Under the pieces are notes generated by a model. The model was not told the origin of the DNA. It saw nothing but the letters and a program-made list of their open reading frames with translations, and did not search any database. DNA of 64,000 nt from an uncultured delta proteobacterium (lineage in GTDB: Bacteria > Myxococcota_A > Polyangia > Polyangiales > Houyiibacteriaceae), in NCBI GenBank assembly GCA_963699755.1, contig CAVOVB010000005.1, positions 128,001-192,000 on the forward strand, written 5' to 3'. Position 1 is the first letter of the stretch, and each line of letters begins with the position of its first letter. Made by a program: the position numbers and the translations under genes. This document shows positions 28,535 to 37,823 of this stretch, piece by piece.

Positions 28535-29704
28535 ATGCGCGAAAGGGCAAGAGATACGCGCAAGCCTCGGGTGGCTCACATCACCACCGTCGATCTATCG
28601 TTGCGCTACCTATTGCTCAACCAGCTGCAGCGAATTCGAGACGAGGGTTATGAGGTTTTCGGGGTCAGCGCCGAGGGGTCGGACGTAGCAGAGGTGGAAG
28701 CCCACGGGATTCCGCACTTCGCCGTGCCGATGACCCGTCGATTCACGCCACTGGCGGATCTCCGGGCGCTCTGGGCCCTCACCCAACTCATGCGGCGCGA
28801 GCGTTTCGACATCGTTCACACGCACACACCCAAGGCTGGACTGCTAGGCCAGCTGGCCGCGCGGCTCAGCGGAGTGCCCGTGGTCGTCAATACCCTTCAC
28901 GGCTTTTACTTCCACGACGACTCGAAGCCGATTCCGCGACGTTTCTACATCTGGATGGAGCGCATCGCGGCGAAGTGCTCGGACAGCATCCTCTCTCAGA
29001 ATCGAGAGGACATGGCTACCGCGGTCGCCGAACAGATCGCGAAGCCGGAACAAATCAAGTGGCTCGGCAATGGCATCGATTTGGCGCGATTCGATCGTCG
29101 GCGCCTGACTGAAGCCAGCCTCGAAGAATTGCGTCAGGAAATCGGAATCGAGTCGCAAGCGCCCGTCATCGGTTTCGTGGGGCGGCTGGTCGAGGAGAAG
29201 GGCATCTTGGATCTGCTGGCAGCGGCCAAGGCCGTGATCGAGGAGATCCCGAACGCACAGTTTCTCATCATCGGCCCCTACGACGACGACAAGCCAGACG
29301 CTTTGCGCCCCGAAGTTGCCGAGCGATACGGTGTCGCCGCCAACTGTCACTTCTTGGGGATGCGCAACGACATGCCGGAGCTCTACGCACTCATGGACGT
29401 GCTAGTGCTCCCGTCCTACCGGGAGGGCTTTCCGCGGGCGCCGATGGAGGCTTCGGCAATGGGAGTGCCGACCGTTGTGACCAACATTCGTGGGTGCCGT
29501 GAAGCGGTGGACCCCGGAGTAAATGGACTCCTCTTTCCAGTGGGAGACGTCGATGCACTCGCAAAGTGCGTGATCGAGCTTCTGGGAGACGACGAACGGC
29601 ATGCAGCGATGGCCGTTGCGGGGCGCCGAATCGCGGAAGAACGCTTCGACGAGCAGAAGGTGTTTGACCGAGTCCTGAGCGAATACGAGAGGCTCCTCTC
29701 GTGA
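28535..29704 (+). CDS. GT4 glycosyltransferase (PglA/CapM-like)
   Basis: HTHTPKAG, FVGRLVEEKG and LPSYREGFP...MEA. Confidence 0.92.
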   Translation: MRERARDTRKPRVAHITTVDLSLRYLLLNQLQRIRDEGYEVFGVSAEGSDVAEVEAHGIPHFAVPMTRRFTPLADLRALWALTQLMRRERFDIVHTHTPKAGLLGQLAARLSGVPVVVNTLHGFYFHDDSKPIPRRFYIWMERIAAKCSDSILSQNREDMATAVAEQIAKPEQIKWLGNGIDLARFDRRRLTEASLEELRQEIGIESQAPVIGFVGRLVEEKGILDLLAAAKAVIEEIPNAQFLIIGPYDDDKPDALRPEVAERYGVAANCHFLGMRNDMPELYALMDVLVLPSYREGFPRAPMEASAMGVPTVVTNIRGCREAVDPGVNGLLFPVGDVDALAKCVIELLGDDERHAAMAVAGRRIAEERFDEQKVFDRVLSEYERLLS

Positions 29705-30327
29705 CCTTCTACCGGCGCATCGGAAAGCGTGTGATGGACCTAGGGCTTGTCGTGCCCGTCCTCCTGGTGCTCACGCCGCTGGGCGTAGGGCTTGGTGCCC
29801 TGATACGGCTAAAGCTCGGCGCTCCGGTGCTCTTCCGACAGCCGAGGCCGGGGCGCGATGGTCGCGTCTTCGAGCTGATCAAGTTTCGAACGATGAGCAA
29901 TGCGAGAGGCGCCGATGGAGAGTTACTCCCCGACGAGGAGCGGCTCGGCCCGTTTGGCACTCGCCTGCGACGTCTCAGTCTCGACGAGCTCCCCACCCTT
30001 TGGAACGTCGTGCGGGGGGACATGAGCCTGGTCGGTCCACGCCCCCTCCTCGTCCAGTACCTCGAGCGCTACACTCCCGAGCAGCGCCGGCGCCATGACG
30101 TTCTCCCGGGAATCACGGGTTGGGCCCAGATCCACGGCAGGAACGCGATCAGCTGGGAGCAGAAGTTCGAGCACGACCTCTGGTACGTCGAAAATGTGTC
30201 GCTCCGAACCGATCTGAGGATACTTTTGCAGACGGCGGTGCAGGTTCTGGGGCGGCGAGATATTTCCGCCGAGGGTCACGCGACCATGCCGGAGTTCATG
30301 GGAAGCAATGAAGAATCTGCCAGATAA
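29701..30327 (+). CDS. Monotopic phosphoglycosyl transferase (PglC-like initiating sugar transferase)
   Basis: KFRTM, SLDELP, GDMSLVGPRP and PGITGWAQ. Confidence 0.93.
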   Translation: MTFYRRIGKRVMDLGLVVPVLLVLTPLGVGLGALIRLKLGAPVLFRQPRPGRDGRVFELIKFRTMSNARGADGELLPDEERLGPFGTRLRRLSLDELPTLWNVVRGDMSLVGPRPLLVQYLERYTPEQRRRHDVLPGITGWAQIHGRNAISWEQKFEHDLWYVENVSLRTDLRILLQTAVQVLGRRDISAEGHATMPEFMGSNEESAR

Positions 30328-30934
30328 TATCGTGGTCGTGGGCGCAGGCGGTCACGCAAAGGTGGTGATTGCGACGGTGCGCGCCGCTGGCGGAAATGTC
30401 GTCGCAGCCTATGACGATGATGACGGCCGGTGGGGACAGCAGATCTTGGGTGTTCCAATCAGCGGCCCCATCTCAGAAGAGACGATCGGAAACAGGCCAG
30501 CGATCATCGCCATCGGAAACAACCGGACACGCCAGTCGATCGCGGAACGCCTGCACGCGAACTGGGTGTCGGTCTGTCATCCAAACGCGACAGTGCACGC
30601 CTCTGTCGTGCTGGGGCCTGGTAGTGTCGTCTTCGCGGGTTCGGTTGTCCAGCCAGATGCCACGATCGGCGCTCACTCTATCCTCAACACCGCGGCAGCA
30701 GTGGACCACGACTGCATCGTCGGGGATTTCGTGCATATAGGCCCTGGCGTGTGCCTATGTGGGGGTGTCACGGTGGACGAAGGCGTGCTCCTTGGTGTGG
30801 GTGCGAAGGTGGCACCCAACGTCGAAGTTGGGCCCTGGTCGACCGTTGGCGCTGGCGCGGTCTGTGTGGTCGACGTCCCAGGGTCGACGACGGTCGTCGG
30901 CATCCCCGCAAGATCGCTCAAGGTGGAGGCATGA
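30308..30934 (+). CDS. PglD/NeuD-family sugar acetyltransferase
   Basis: GAGGHAKVV, AIGNN..R and hexapeptide repeats with VDHDC. Confidence 0.92.
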   Translation: MKNLPDNIVVVGAGGHAKVVIATVRAAGGNVVAAYDDDDGRWGQQILGVPISGPISEETIGNRPAIIAIGNNRTRQSIAERLHANWVSVCHPNATVHASVVLGPGSVVFAGSVVQPDATIGAHSILNTAAAVDHDCIVGDFVHIGPGVCLCGGVTVDEGVLLGVGAKVAPNVEVGPWSTVGAGAVCVVDVPGSTTVVGIPARSLKVEA

Positions 30935-32076
30935 GCGAGCGCATCTATCTGTCACCACCTGACATGAGCGGCGCAGAGCGAGAGGCGTTACTCGCTGCTT
31001 TTGACTCGAATTGGATAGCGCCCTTGGGCCCGGAGGTCGATGCCTTCGAACGAGCTCTGGCCGACCGCATCGGGGTTCGAGATGCCGCCGCCCTGAGCAG
31101 CGGAACCGCGGCGCTGCACTTGGCCTTGGTCTTGTTGGAGGTCGGGCCTGGCGACGAGGTCTGGACCGCGACGCTGACCTTTGCGGCGACCGCGAACGCG
31201 GTGCGATACGTAGGGGCGACCCCGGTGTTCATCGACAGCGAGCGTGAAAGCTGGAACGTGGACCCGGCGTTGATTCGCGAGGCGCTACGCGACGCTTCCA
31301 AGCGAGGCGCACTCCCCAAGGCACTCATCGTCGTCGACCTGTACGGACAATGTGCCGACTACGACGCCATACTGAGCGCCTGCCAAGAGTATGGGGTCCC
31401 GGTGATCGAGGACGCGGCGGAGGCGCTCGGGGCGAGCTACCATGGCAAGCCTGCAGGCTCATTCGGGTCGATCGGCGTGCTTTCATTCAACGGAAACAAG
31501 ATCATCACGACAAGTGGCGGCGGAGCGTTGCTCAGTGACAGTCCAGCTCTCGTCGAGCGAGCCCGGCATCTTGCTTCTCAGGCCAGGCAACCCGTGGCTC
31601 ACTACGAGCACGAAGAGGTCGGATACAACTACCGCTTGAGCAATCTGCTAGCGGCGCTCGGTCGAGCGCAGCTGTCGCGCTTGGACGAGCTCGTCGAACG
31701 GCGACGCGAGATCAACCGGAGGTACAGGGAGGCGTTCGGAGCGATCGACGGCGTTGCCTTCTTGCCCGAGGCCCGGGGCCGCCGCTCAAACTGCTGGCTG
31801 ACTTGCGTGCTGCTCGACGAAGAGCGCTTAGGGGTCGGGGTCGAGCAGGTCCGTGCGCACCTCGAGTCTCAGAACATCGAAGCCCGCCCTGTTTGGAAAC
31901 CGATGCATCTGCAGCCGGTCTACCGCGGCTGTCGCGTGCTAGGTGGCGGGGTCGCCGTTGATCTGTTTCGCCGCGGATTGTGCTTGCCGAGCGGTTCGAC
32001 GCTTTCCCAGCAGGGACAAGGCCGAGTGATCGACGGATTTCTCCGGACACCGCGGCTACGACGCGACAAGGAATAG
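30931..32076 (+). CDS. DegT/DnrJ/EryC1 sugar aminotransferase (PglE/EpsN-like)
   Basis: MSERIYLSPP, NWIAPLGP, EDAAEALG, SFNGNKIITTSGGG and GYNYRLSN. Confidence 0.94.
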   Translation: MSERIYLSPPDMSGAEREALLAAFDSNWIAPLGPEVDAFERALADRIGVRDAAALSSGTAALHLALVLLEVGPGDEVWTATLTFAATANAVRYVGATPVFIDSERESWNVDPALIREALRDASKRGALPKALIVVDLYGQCADYDAILSACQEYGVPVIEDAAEALGASYHGKPAGSFGSIGVLSFNGNKIITTSGGGALLSDSPALVERARHLASQARQPVAHYEHEEVGYNYRLSNLLAALGRAQLSRLDELVERRREINRRYREAFGAIDGVAFLPEARGRRSNCWLTCVLLDEERLGVGVEQVRAHLESQNIEARPVWKPMHLQPVYRGCRVLGGGVAVDLFRRGLCLPSGSTLSQQGQGRVIDGFLRTPRLRRDKE

Positions 32077-32111
32077 CAACTCGACGACGATGCATTCCGC
32101 AAGCGCGGCTC

Positions 32112-32144
32112 CTTGCCGCGTCGGAATTCGTCTGGCAAGCGTAG
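32112..32144. repeat. 33-bp intergenic repeat, copy 1 (CTTGCC-N16-GGCAAG)
   Basis: cttgccgcgtcggaattcgtctggcaagcgtag; 28/33 identical to 35751-35783. Confidence 0.8.
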
Positions 32145-32147
32145 ATC

Positions 32148-33074
32148 ATGCCTCTCTGTCACGTCTGTACGTCACCGCGCTCTGAGCCCGTGGTTCGTTC
32201 GGACGAGGGCAACCTCGCGGTCAACCGCTGTTTGTCTTGCGGTTTTGCGTACCTCGCGAGCTGGGAACGAAGCATCGAGCAGGCCAGAGCGCTCTATGAC
32301 TACTACGGCCAGCTGGACGACGAGGATTTCGCGCGCCGGTACTCCGCGGAGAACCGCGCCCGCCAGCAGAAGCTCTTGAAAGAGCTGGCAGCGTACACGG
32401 GGGGGCGAAGATTACTCGACGTCGGTTGCGGCGACGGGCAGCTACTAGAGACGGCGGGGGACCAGGGCTGGGACGCGCTCGGCATCGACCTGTCCGAGTC
32501 GGCGATTTCGTGCTGCCACCGACGCGGGCTGCCCGCTTCTAGGACGGATTTTTTTGACGATTCCCTGGATGCGCAGCGTTTTGACGTGATCGTCATGTCC
32601 GAGCTGATTGAGCACGTTCCCTCACCGCAACGCTTCCTGAAGCGAGCCGAAACGCTCCTCGATCATGGTGGCGTCGTATACCTTACGACTCCAAACTTCG
32701 GCTCACTGGCTCGCCGGATGCTAGGCGGAAGCTGGTCGGTGATCCATCCGGAGCACATCGGCTACTTCGAACGGTCGTCGATCAGAAAACTGGCATCGGA
32801 ACAGACTGGGCTCCTGGAAATCAAGATCGATGCGAACAACATCACTCCGTCCACTCTCGTGGCGTGGCTACGCCGCTCGGGCAGTCGAACCGTCACTCCA
32901 GCAAGCCAGCTCCACCGCGAGACTCGCCAAAGCCTCGACCAAGAGCTTCGGCGCGCCGTTCACAAGAGCCGCGTGCTCGGCATTTCAAAGGAGTGGACCA
33001 ACCGCGCGATTTCACGCCTCGGGCTTGGCGATACACTGGTGGCCTGGCTGCAGAAACCAGCGAGTCAACGATGA
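32148..33074 (+). CDS. Class I SAM methyltransferase with N-terminal Zn-ribbon
   Basis: CHVC...CLSC; LLDVGCGDG, ELIEHVPSP and LTTPN. Confidence 0.9.
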   Translation: MPLCHVCTSPRSEPVVRSDEGNLAVNRCLSCGFAYLASWERSIEQARALYDYYGQLDDEDFARRYSAENRARQQKLLKELAAYTGGRRLLDVGCGDGQLLETAGDQGWDALGIDLSESAISCCHRRGLPASRTDFFDDSLDAQRFDVIVMSELIEHVPSPQRFLKRAETLLDHGGVVYLTTPNFGSLARRMLGGSWSVIHPEHIGYFERSSIRKLASEQTGLLEIKIDANNITPSTLVAWLRRSGSRTVTPASQLHRETRQSLDQELRRAVHKSRVLGISKEWTNRAISRLGLGDTLVAWLQKPASQR

Positions 33075-33793
33075 CCGCACTGCTCTCCCTCAAGCAGCAA
33101 GTCGCTCGGCTTTGCTACAGGGCGGCGCAACTTCCGATCAGCCCGCTGCTCAGGTACGAATGGTCAAAGCGGGGCCAGCGTCGCATGAACGAGCGGCCAC
33201 TCGAATATGCCTTCACCTTGACTTGCCTCTCAGAGCTCTGCCCCGAGAGGGTATTGGATGTGGGAACGGGCACGACTGCCTGGCCACAGCTCCTCGCGAA
33301 CTGCGGATACAACGTGACGGCGATCGACGAAGGGAATTCGTACTGGGGGCGCCGAGTCGCCAATCGACACCACCATGTCGTGCGCGATGACATCACGAAC
33401 CCAAGTATCGAAGGCCAGTTCGATGCGATCACCTGTCTGAGCGTGATCGAGCACATCGGCGACCACGAGGCGGCAGTCCGAGGTATGCGTAGACTTCTGC
33501 GCACAGGGGGTCACGCCGTCGTCAGCGTCCCGTACCAAGAGCGACGATTCATCGAGAACGTCTATGCACTTCCAGGCGTGTCCTATGGGGCCGATGCGCC
33601 TTACATTTGTCGCGTCTACTCACGCCGAGAGATAGAAAAATGGCTTGCCGAGGGGTTCGAGATCGTGCGCCAGGAGTACTATCGAGTCTTCACTGGCGAC
33701 CTCTGGGCTTTTGGTGAGCGGCTGCGCCCGCCCGTGAGGACCGGCGCGGATGAAGCACACCACTTAACCTGCCTCTTGTTGCGCGCGACCTGA
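33071..33793 (+). CDS. Class I SAM methyltransferase
   Basis: ERPLEY, VLDVGTG and CLSVIEHI; ATGA overlap with the previous gene. Confidence 0.85.
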   Translation: MTALLSLKQQVARLCYRAAQLPISPLLRYEWSKRGQRRMNERPLEYAFTLTCLSELCPERVLDVGTGTTAWPQLLANCGYNVTAIDEGNSYWGRRVANRHHHVVRDDITNPSIEGQFDAITCLSVIEHIGDHEAAVRGMRRLLRTGGHAVVSVPYQERRFIENVYALPGVSYGADAPYICRVYSRREIEKWLAEGFEIVRQEYYRVFTGDLWAFGERLRPPVRTGADEAHHLTCLLLRAT

Positions 33794-33800
33794 CGTCCCC

Positions 33801-34790
33801 CTAGGGCGCTGGGGTGTAACCAAGACAAAGGCTCGTGTAGTCGATGCCGTTGATGATGACGGCAGCGGTGGTTGCCTCAATCGTGAGCTTGTGGATCTCG
33901 CCGGGGATCAAGGCGCTAACTTCGACGGTCCTGTCGCCAATCGTGGTCGTTGCGGACCCTAGGCTGACCCCGTCCTTGTCCTCCGCGGTAAGGCTGAACG
34001 CCGTACTGACTGCCCCGTTTACCGTGAGCACGACATCGGTCGCACCCTCGGCGGCGCCCAGAATAGCGCCATCCGAGCGGAAGATCTCAAACACCATCGA
34101 TTCATTTGGAGTACCGCTCTGGATGCTTCGAGGATTGCCAATGGCATCGGTCCCCATGCCCACCGTCTGGTCGCCGAGCAAGTTCCCAGACCCGGGGCCC
34201 GGCGTGACCCGGAGGCCTGAGCCCACGACTTCATAAACCATCACGAAGCCGGCGGTATTCACCGTGAGATTGACAACTTGGGGGCTGTCGGCTCCCGCGG
34301 GGCAAGCACCACTTCCGCCCACGCCGCCCATGCCGCCAGCTCCAGCCATGCCGCCAGCGCCAGCCATGCCGCCAGCGCCAGCCATGCCGCCAGCGCCAGC
34401 CATGCCGCCCGCGCCAGCCATGCCGCCCGCGCCAGCCATGCCGCCCGCTCCAGCCATGCCGCCCGCGCCAGCCATGCCGCCCGCTCCAGCCATGCCGCCC
34501 GCGCCAGCCATGCCGCCAGCGCCGGCCATGCCGCCAGCGCCAGCCATGCCGCCAGCGCCAGCCATGCCGCCAGCGCCAGCCATGCCGCCAGCGCCGGCCA
34601 TGCCGCCAGCGCCAGCCATGCCGCCAGCGCCAGCCATGCCGCCCGTTCCAGCCATGCCGCCGCTGCCACCCACGCCGCCATCAGTGATCGGAATGCCGTC
34701 GCTGCTGCTGCAGCCAAAGGCAACGACGCAAAGCCCGCTGACGAATACACAACCTAGAAATGCTCGAGTCCACCCCATGCCGCTCACCAC
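33801..34790 (-). CDS. Lipoprotein with long (GGMAGA)n linker and an unknown beta-rich C-terminal domain
   Basis: Hydrophobic signal ending AFGC-SSS; 18 GGMAG(A/T) units. The start may be ATG 34778. Confidence 0.8.
   Translation of the reverse strand: MVSGMGWTRAFLGCVFVSGLCVVAFGCSSSDGIPITDGGVGGSGGMAGTGGMAGAGGMAGAGGMAGAGGMAGAGGMAGAGGMAGAGGMAGAGGMAGAGGMAGAGGMAGAGGMAGAGGMAGAGGMAGAGGMAGAGGMAGAGGMAGAGGMAGAGGMGGVGGSGACPAGADSPQVVNLTVNTAGFVMVYEVVGSGLRVTPGPGSGNLLGDQTVGMGTDAIGNPRSIQSGTPNESMVFEIFRSDGAILGAAEGATDVVLTVNGAVSTAFSLTAEDKDGVSLGSATTTIGDRTVEVSALIPGEIHKLTIEATTAAVIINGIDYTSLCLGYTPAP
34329..34661. repeat. Coding 18-bp tandem repeat (~18.5 units)
   Basis: catgccgcc recurs every 18 bp from 34329 to 34653 (19 occurrences); consensus catgccgccagcgccagc. 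Confidence 0.97.
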
Positions 34791-34912
34791 CCTATCAGTA
34801 CGGCCGTCTCCGGCCCATAATTACGCCGCGACCTCAAATCCCACGTCGCGGAGCTTTCATCGATAATAGCGCCACGGATCATACCCACGTCGCGCACGCA
34901 ACACAACGCCAT

Positions 34913-34946
34913 AAAGACAGCAGATGCGCGAAATATCTGCGTCTTT
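34913..34946 (-). terminator. Putative stem-loop downstream of the minus-strand methyltransferase
   Basis: Inverted repeat aaagacagcagat / atctgcgtcttt with one bulge; the U-tract is weak. Confidence 0.35.
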
Positions 34947-34982
34947 CCCAAAACGTCCCAGCACGGCCGAAAACTCCGAAGG

Positions 34983-35675
34983 TCATGGCCAAAGCCGCCC
35001 CAAGGTCCTTCGACGCATGTGACCGAGGATGTAACGGCTGTTCTGCAGCCCGGAGTCCAACGTGTTGTGGACGCTCACCCGCGGGGTTGGGCGCTCGCCG
35101 ACCTTTTCGAGCACGGCGACTTGGTGCTCGCTGGCAAAGGTAGTGCAATGCACGAGCTCATGGGGATAGGCGCGTAGCCAGTTGCGAACAATCTGCTGTT
35201 CGGCGTCGCGACGATAGTCGTCGAGGTAAATCCGAGCTCCGATCCGTGCGAATTGGAACACTTGGTAGAGGCATGCTTCCCGGCCGCGGCGGGTAGTAAT
35301 GGGCGGACCGTCTATCAGTACCGCATCGACATCTCGAGGAAAGGATCCCGGATGATACGAGCGAAAGAACCCGAGCGAGTGATGCTGCCAGACCAGTGGC
35401 CGCAATGCCACTTCGACGCCTGTTCCACCGCAACGCTCTTGTAACTCGACGCAGGTCTTTTGGCGGAAGGAGGGGTCGGACTCGATGGAGAGAATGGTCG
35501 CGCTTGGAAAATCTCGACTCAATCGAACCGTCGAGGTGCCGCTCCCAAATTCTACGATCGTTCGTGCACCGTGCTGCACCAGATCGTCGTGGATTGCCCG
35601 ATATGCCTCCTCGCCCAAGCTCCAGCTGGATATGAATCTCAACGAGTCCGTGTCTTGCTTGATGTCGCGATTCAT
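34983..35675 (-). CDS. Class I SAM methyltransferase (Methyltransf_24-like)
   Basis: IVEFGSGTST, SIESD, LIDGPP and YLDDYRR. Confidence 0.85.
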   Translation of the reverse strand: MNRDIKQDTDSLRFISSWSLGEEAYRAIHDDLVQHGARTIVEFGSGTSTVRLSRDFPSATILSIESDPSFRQKTCVELQERCGGTGVEVALRPLVWQHHSLGFFRSYHPGSFPRDVDAVLIDGPPITTRRGREACLYQVFQFARIGARIYLDDYRRDAEQQIVRNWLRAYPHELVHCTTFASEHQVAVLEKVGERPTPRVSVHNTLDSGLQNSRYILGHMRRRTLGRLWP

Positions 35676-35750
35676 CGGTCGAGCTCAAATTGTAGTCAAG
35701 CCTAGCCCAACCCGATCGAAGCGCGATGGTCCAGGCCTCGTGGAAGCGAA

Positions 35751-35783
35751 CTTGCCGACCAGGAACTCGTCTGGCAAGCGTAG
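35751..35783. repeat. 33-bp intergenic repeat, copy 2
   Basis: cttgccgaccaggaactcgtctggcaagcgtag; same orientation as copy 1. Confidence 0.8.
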
Positions 35784-35818
35784 CGTGTGGTGAGCTGTCG
35801 ACGCTGTGGGCGCAAGCG

Positions 35819-37147
35819 ATGAGCGTGGGCCGAAACACACTTTGGGTGTTCGTCAGCAACCTTCTGAGCCTGGTCCTCACCATCGGCACATCGATCTTCC
35901 TGACCCGCGCCTTGGGCGTGCAAGGAAGAGGTGAATTCGCTCTCTTCACCGCCTCCGCAGGGGTGCTGGCTCTCCTTCTAGGATGGGGTCTCGACTCCGC
36001 GATCCGTTATTTCGTAGCCCAGAAGAAAGTCGACTTTTCGGCGGTAGCCGCGACCTTGGGAGCCTACCTTGCGGTGTTGGGCCCAGTGCTTCTGCTTCTC
36101 GTCCATTGGAATCACACGCTCCTGGGTAATGAGCTGCTGATCCCGAGCTCGATTCAGACCACCCCGGTCGAGGTTCTCCTCGTCGCGACGGTATTGGCAA
36201 ACATCGGATTCTCTGCTGTCTCGTCGATGCTCGCAGGCACCATGGATTTCAAGCCGCTCAACATTCTGTCGATCGCATTGTCGTTCGCTTCGTTCGTCAC
36301 CTACGGACTTTGTTGGACAGCCAAGGAACTGGGCTGGTTTCACGTAGCCCCGCCCCTCATTCTCGCTGCGCATCTCACCCTCGCCGTATCGAACCTAGTG
36401 ATCCTCGGTTTGATCGTACGGCATCGCCTCGAGATACGGCTGCCGTCGCCACTAGTGAAACGGGCCACTCTAGCTCGAATGGTTCGGTACGGGTCGCTGG
36501 CCTACCTGGCGACGCTGCTGCAGTTCTTCAACTATCGGGTCGACTACTGGATCGTCCAACATTTCAGAGGCGAAGAGGCTCTCGGGCTCTACTCCCTTGC
36601 GAGCAGCCTGGCCATGATGCTCTGGATGCTGCCTCGGGCCGCTGCCTCGGTTCTTCTACCAGCGACGGCGGCGGGGCACCTAGGAGCCACGGCAGCCCAC
36701 GCCGCGCGAATGTCGAGAGTCTCCGTGGCTGTCGGGACAGCGGTGGCCGTGCCTCTCGTCCCCTTCGCCTCTTGGTGGATCGCTCTCCTTTACGGAGAAG
36801 ACTTTGCCGAGTCGGCAAGGCCGTTCGTGATCCTTCTGGCCGGTTGCATTCCTTTCATCGCGAGCATCGTTCTCGCGAGCTCTTTGGCGGGCATCAACCG
36901 TCTCGATATCAACCTCTGGGCCTCGGGAGCAGGGTTGATCGCGACGGTGGTCTTGGACATACTCTTGATCCCGAGCTGGGGATTGGAGGGAGCGGCCGCA
37001 GCGTCTGCCACGTCGTATTTGGTCACAACTGGGATCGTCGTCATGAGCTTTTCGCGCATGCACGACATTCCCGTTCATGCCTACCTCATCCCCAACAGGT
37101 CTGATTTCGGATACCTAGCTGATGGATTCAGAAGAGTTCTACGATAA
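35819..37147 (+). CDS. Wzx-type oligosaccharide flippase
   Basis: Polytopic MATE-like protein; RALGVQGRG, NYRVD, LGLYSLA and LIPSWGLEGAA. Confidence 0.88.
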   Translation: MSVGRNTLWVFVSNLLSLVLTIGTSIFLTRALGVQGRGEFALFTASAGVLALLLGWGLDSAIRYFVAQKKVDFSAVAATLGAYLAVLGPVLLLLVHWNHTLLGNELLIPSSIQTTPVEVLLVATVLANIGFSAVSSMLAGTMDFKPLNILSIALSFASFVTYGLCWTAKELGWFHVAPPLILAAHLTLAVSNLVILGLIVRHRLEIRLPSPLVKRATLARMVRYGSLAYLATLLQFFNYRVDYWIVQHFRGEEALGLYSLASSLAMMLWMLPRAAASVLLPATAAGHLGATAAHAARMSRVSVAVGTAVAVPLVPFASWWIALLYGEDFAESARPFVILLAGCIPFIASIVLASSLAGINRLDINLWASGAGLIATVVLDILLIPSWGLEGAAAASATSYLVTTGIVVMSFSRMHDIPVHAYLIPNRSDFGYLADGFRRVLR

Positions 37148-37823
37148 GTACGTCGCCCAGCAGACGGCTGTCGGGGTAAACGATCGCCACCGCGCAATTC
37201 TCAGATGGCTGCAGCGTTTCGGCATGGGGCCTGGAGATGCTGTGCTGGAAATCGGCTGCGGGATCGGAACGGTGTCGGGACTGATCGCTCCTGCTCTGGG
37301 GTCAGATGGTTCACTGGTTGCGATTGATCTAAGCACCAAGAACATCGCGACGGCGCGTTCTCGTCTTGCCGGACTCAAGAACGCCGAGTTCAAGGCTGGG
37401 GACGTGCTCACGATTGACCTCTCGGGACTGTTTGACGTCGTGGTTCTACCAGACGTGATCGAGCACATTCCCTTGGAGCACCATCGGCTGCTTTTTTCTC
37501 GGGTTGCGTCCTGGCTGGCCCCTGGTGGATTCGCTCTGCTCCACTACCCAAACCCCTGGTACCTCGAGTGGTGTCAGGCAAACAAACCGGAGCTCCTGCA
37601 GTTGATCGACCAGCCGATCCACGCAGACACGCTCACGGCCAACCTGTACGCCAACGGCCTCTACCTCGACTACCTCGAGACCTATCCCATCTGGATTTCC
37701 GAAGGCGATTATCAAGTTGCAGTCGTCCGGCACCAGGCCACGCAAAGATCATTCACGCATGTGCAGCCGCCGCAGTCGATCGCCCGCAGCATCAAAGCGG
37801 CGGTCCGGAGATGGATTCGTTGA
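37122..37823 (+). CDS. Class I SAM methyltransferase
   Basis: VLEIGCGIG, AIDLS and DVIEHIP. Confidence 0.88.
   Translation: MDSEEFYDKYVAQQTAVGVNDRHRAILRWLQRFGMGPGDAVLEIGCGIGTVSGLIAPALGSDGSLVAIDLSTKNIATARSRLAGLKNAEFKAGDVLTIDLSGLFDVVVLPDVIEHIPLEHHRLLFSRVASWLAPGGFALLHYPNPWYLEWCQANKPELLQLIDQPIHADTLTANLYANGLYLDYLETYPIWISEGDYQVAVVRHQATQRSFTHVQPPQSIARSIKAAVRRWIR

Noticed and set aside
32133..32150. TGGCA in the 33-bp repeats as a sigma-54 promoter
   Set aside because: Neither copy has GC at the -12 position.
34264..34866. (PPAPAM)n and (HAASAS)n ORFs; possible CRISPR-like array
   Set aside because: These are alternative frames of the 18-bp coding repeat. The units are contiguous with no unique spacers and no cas genes are present.
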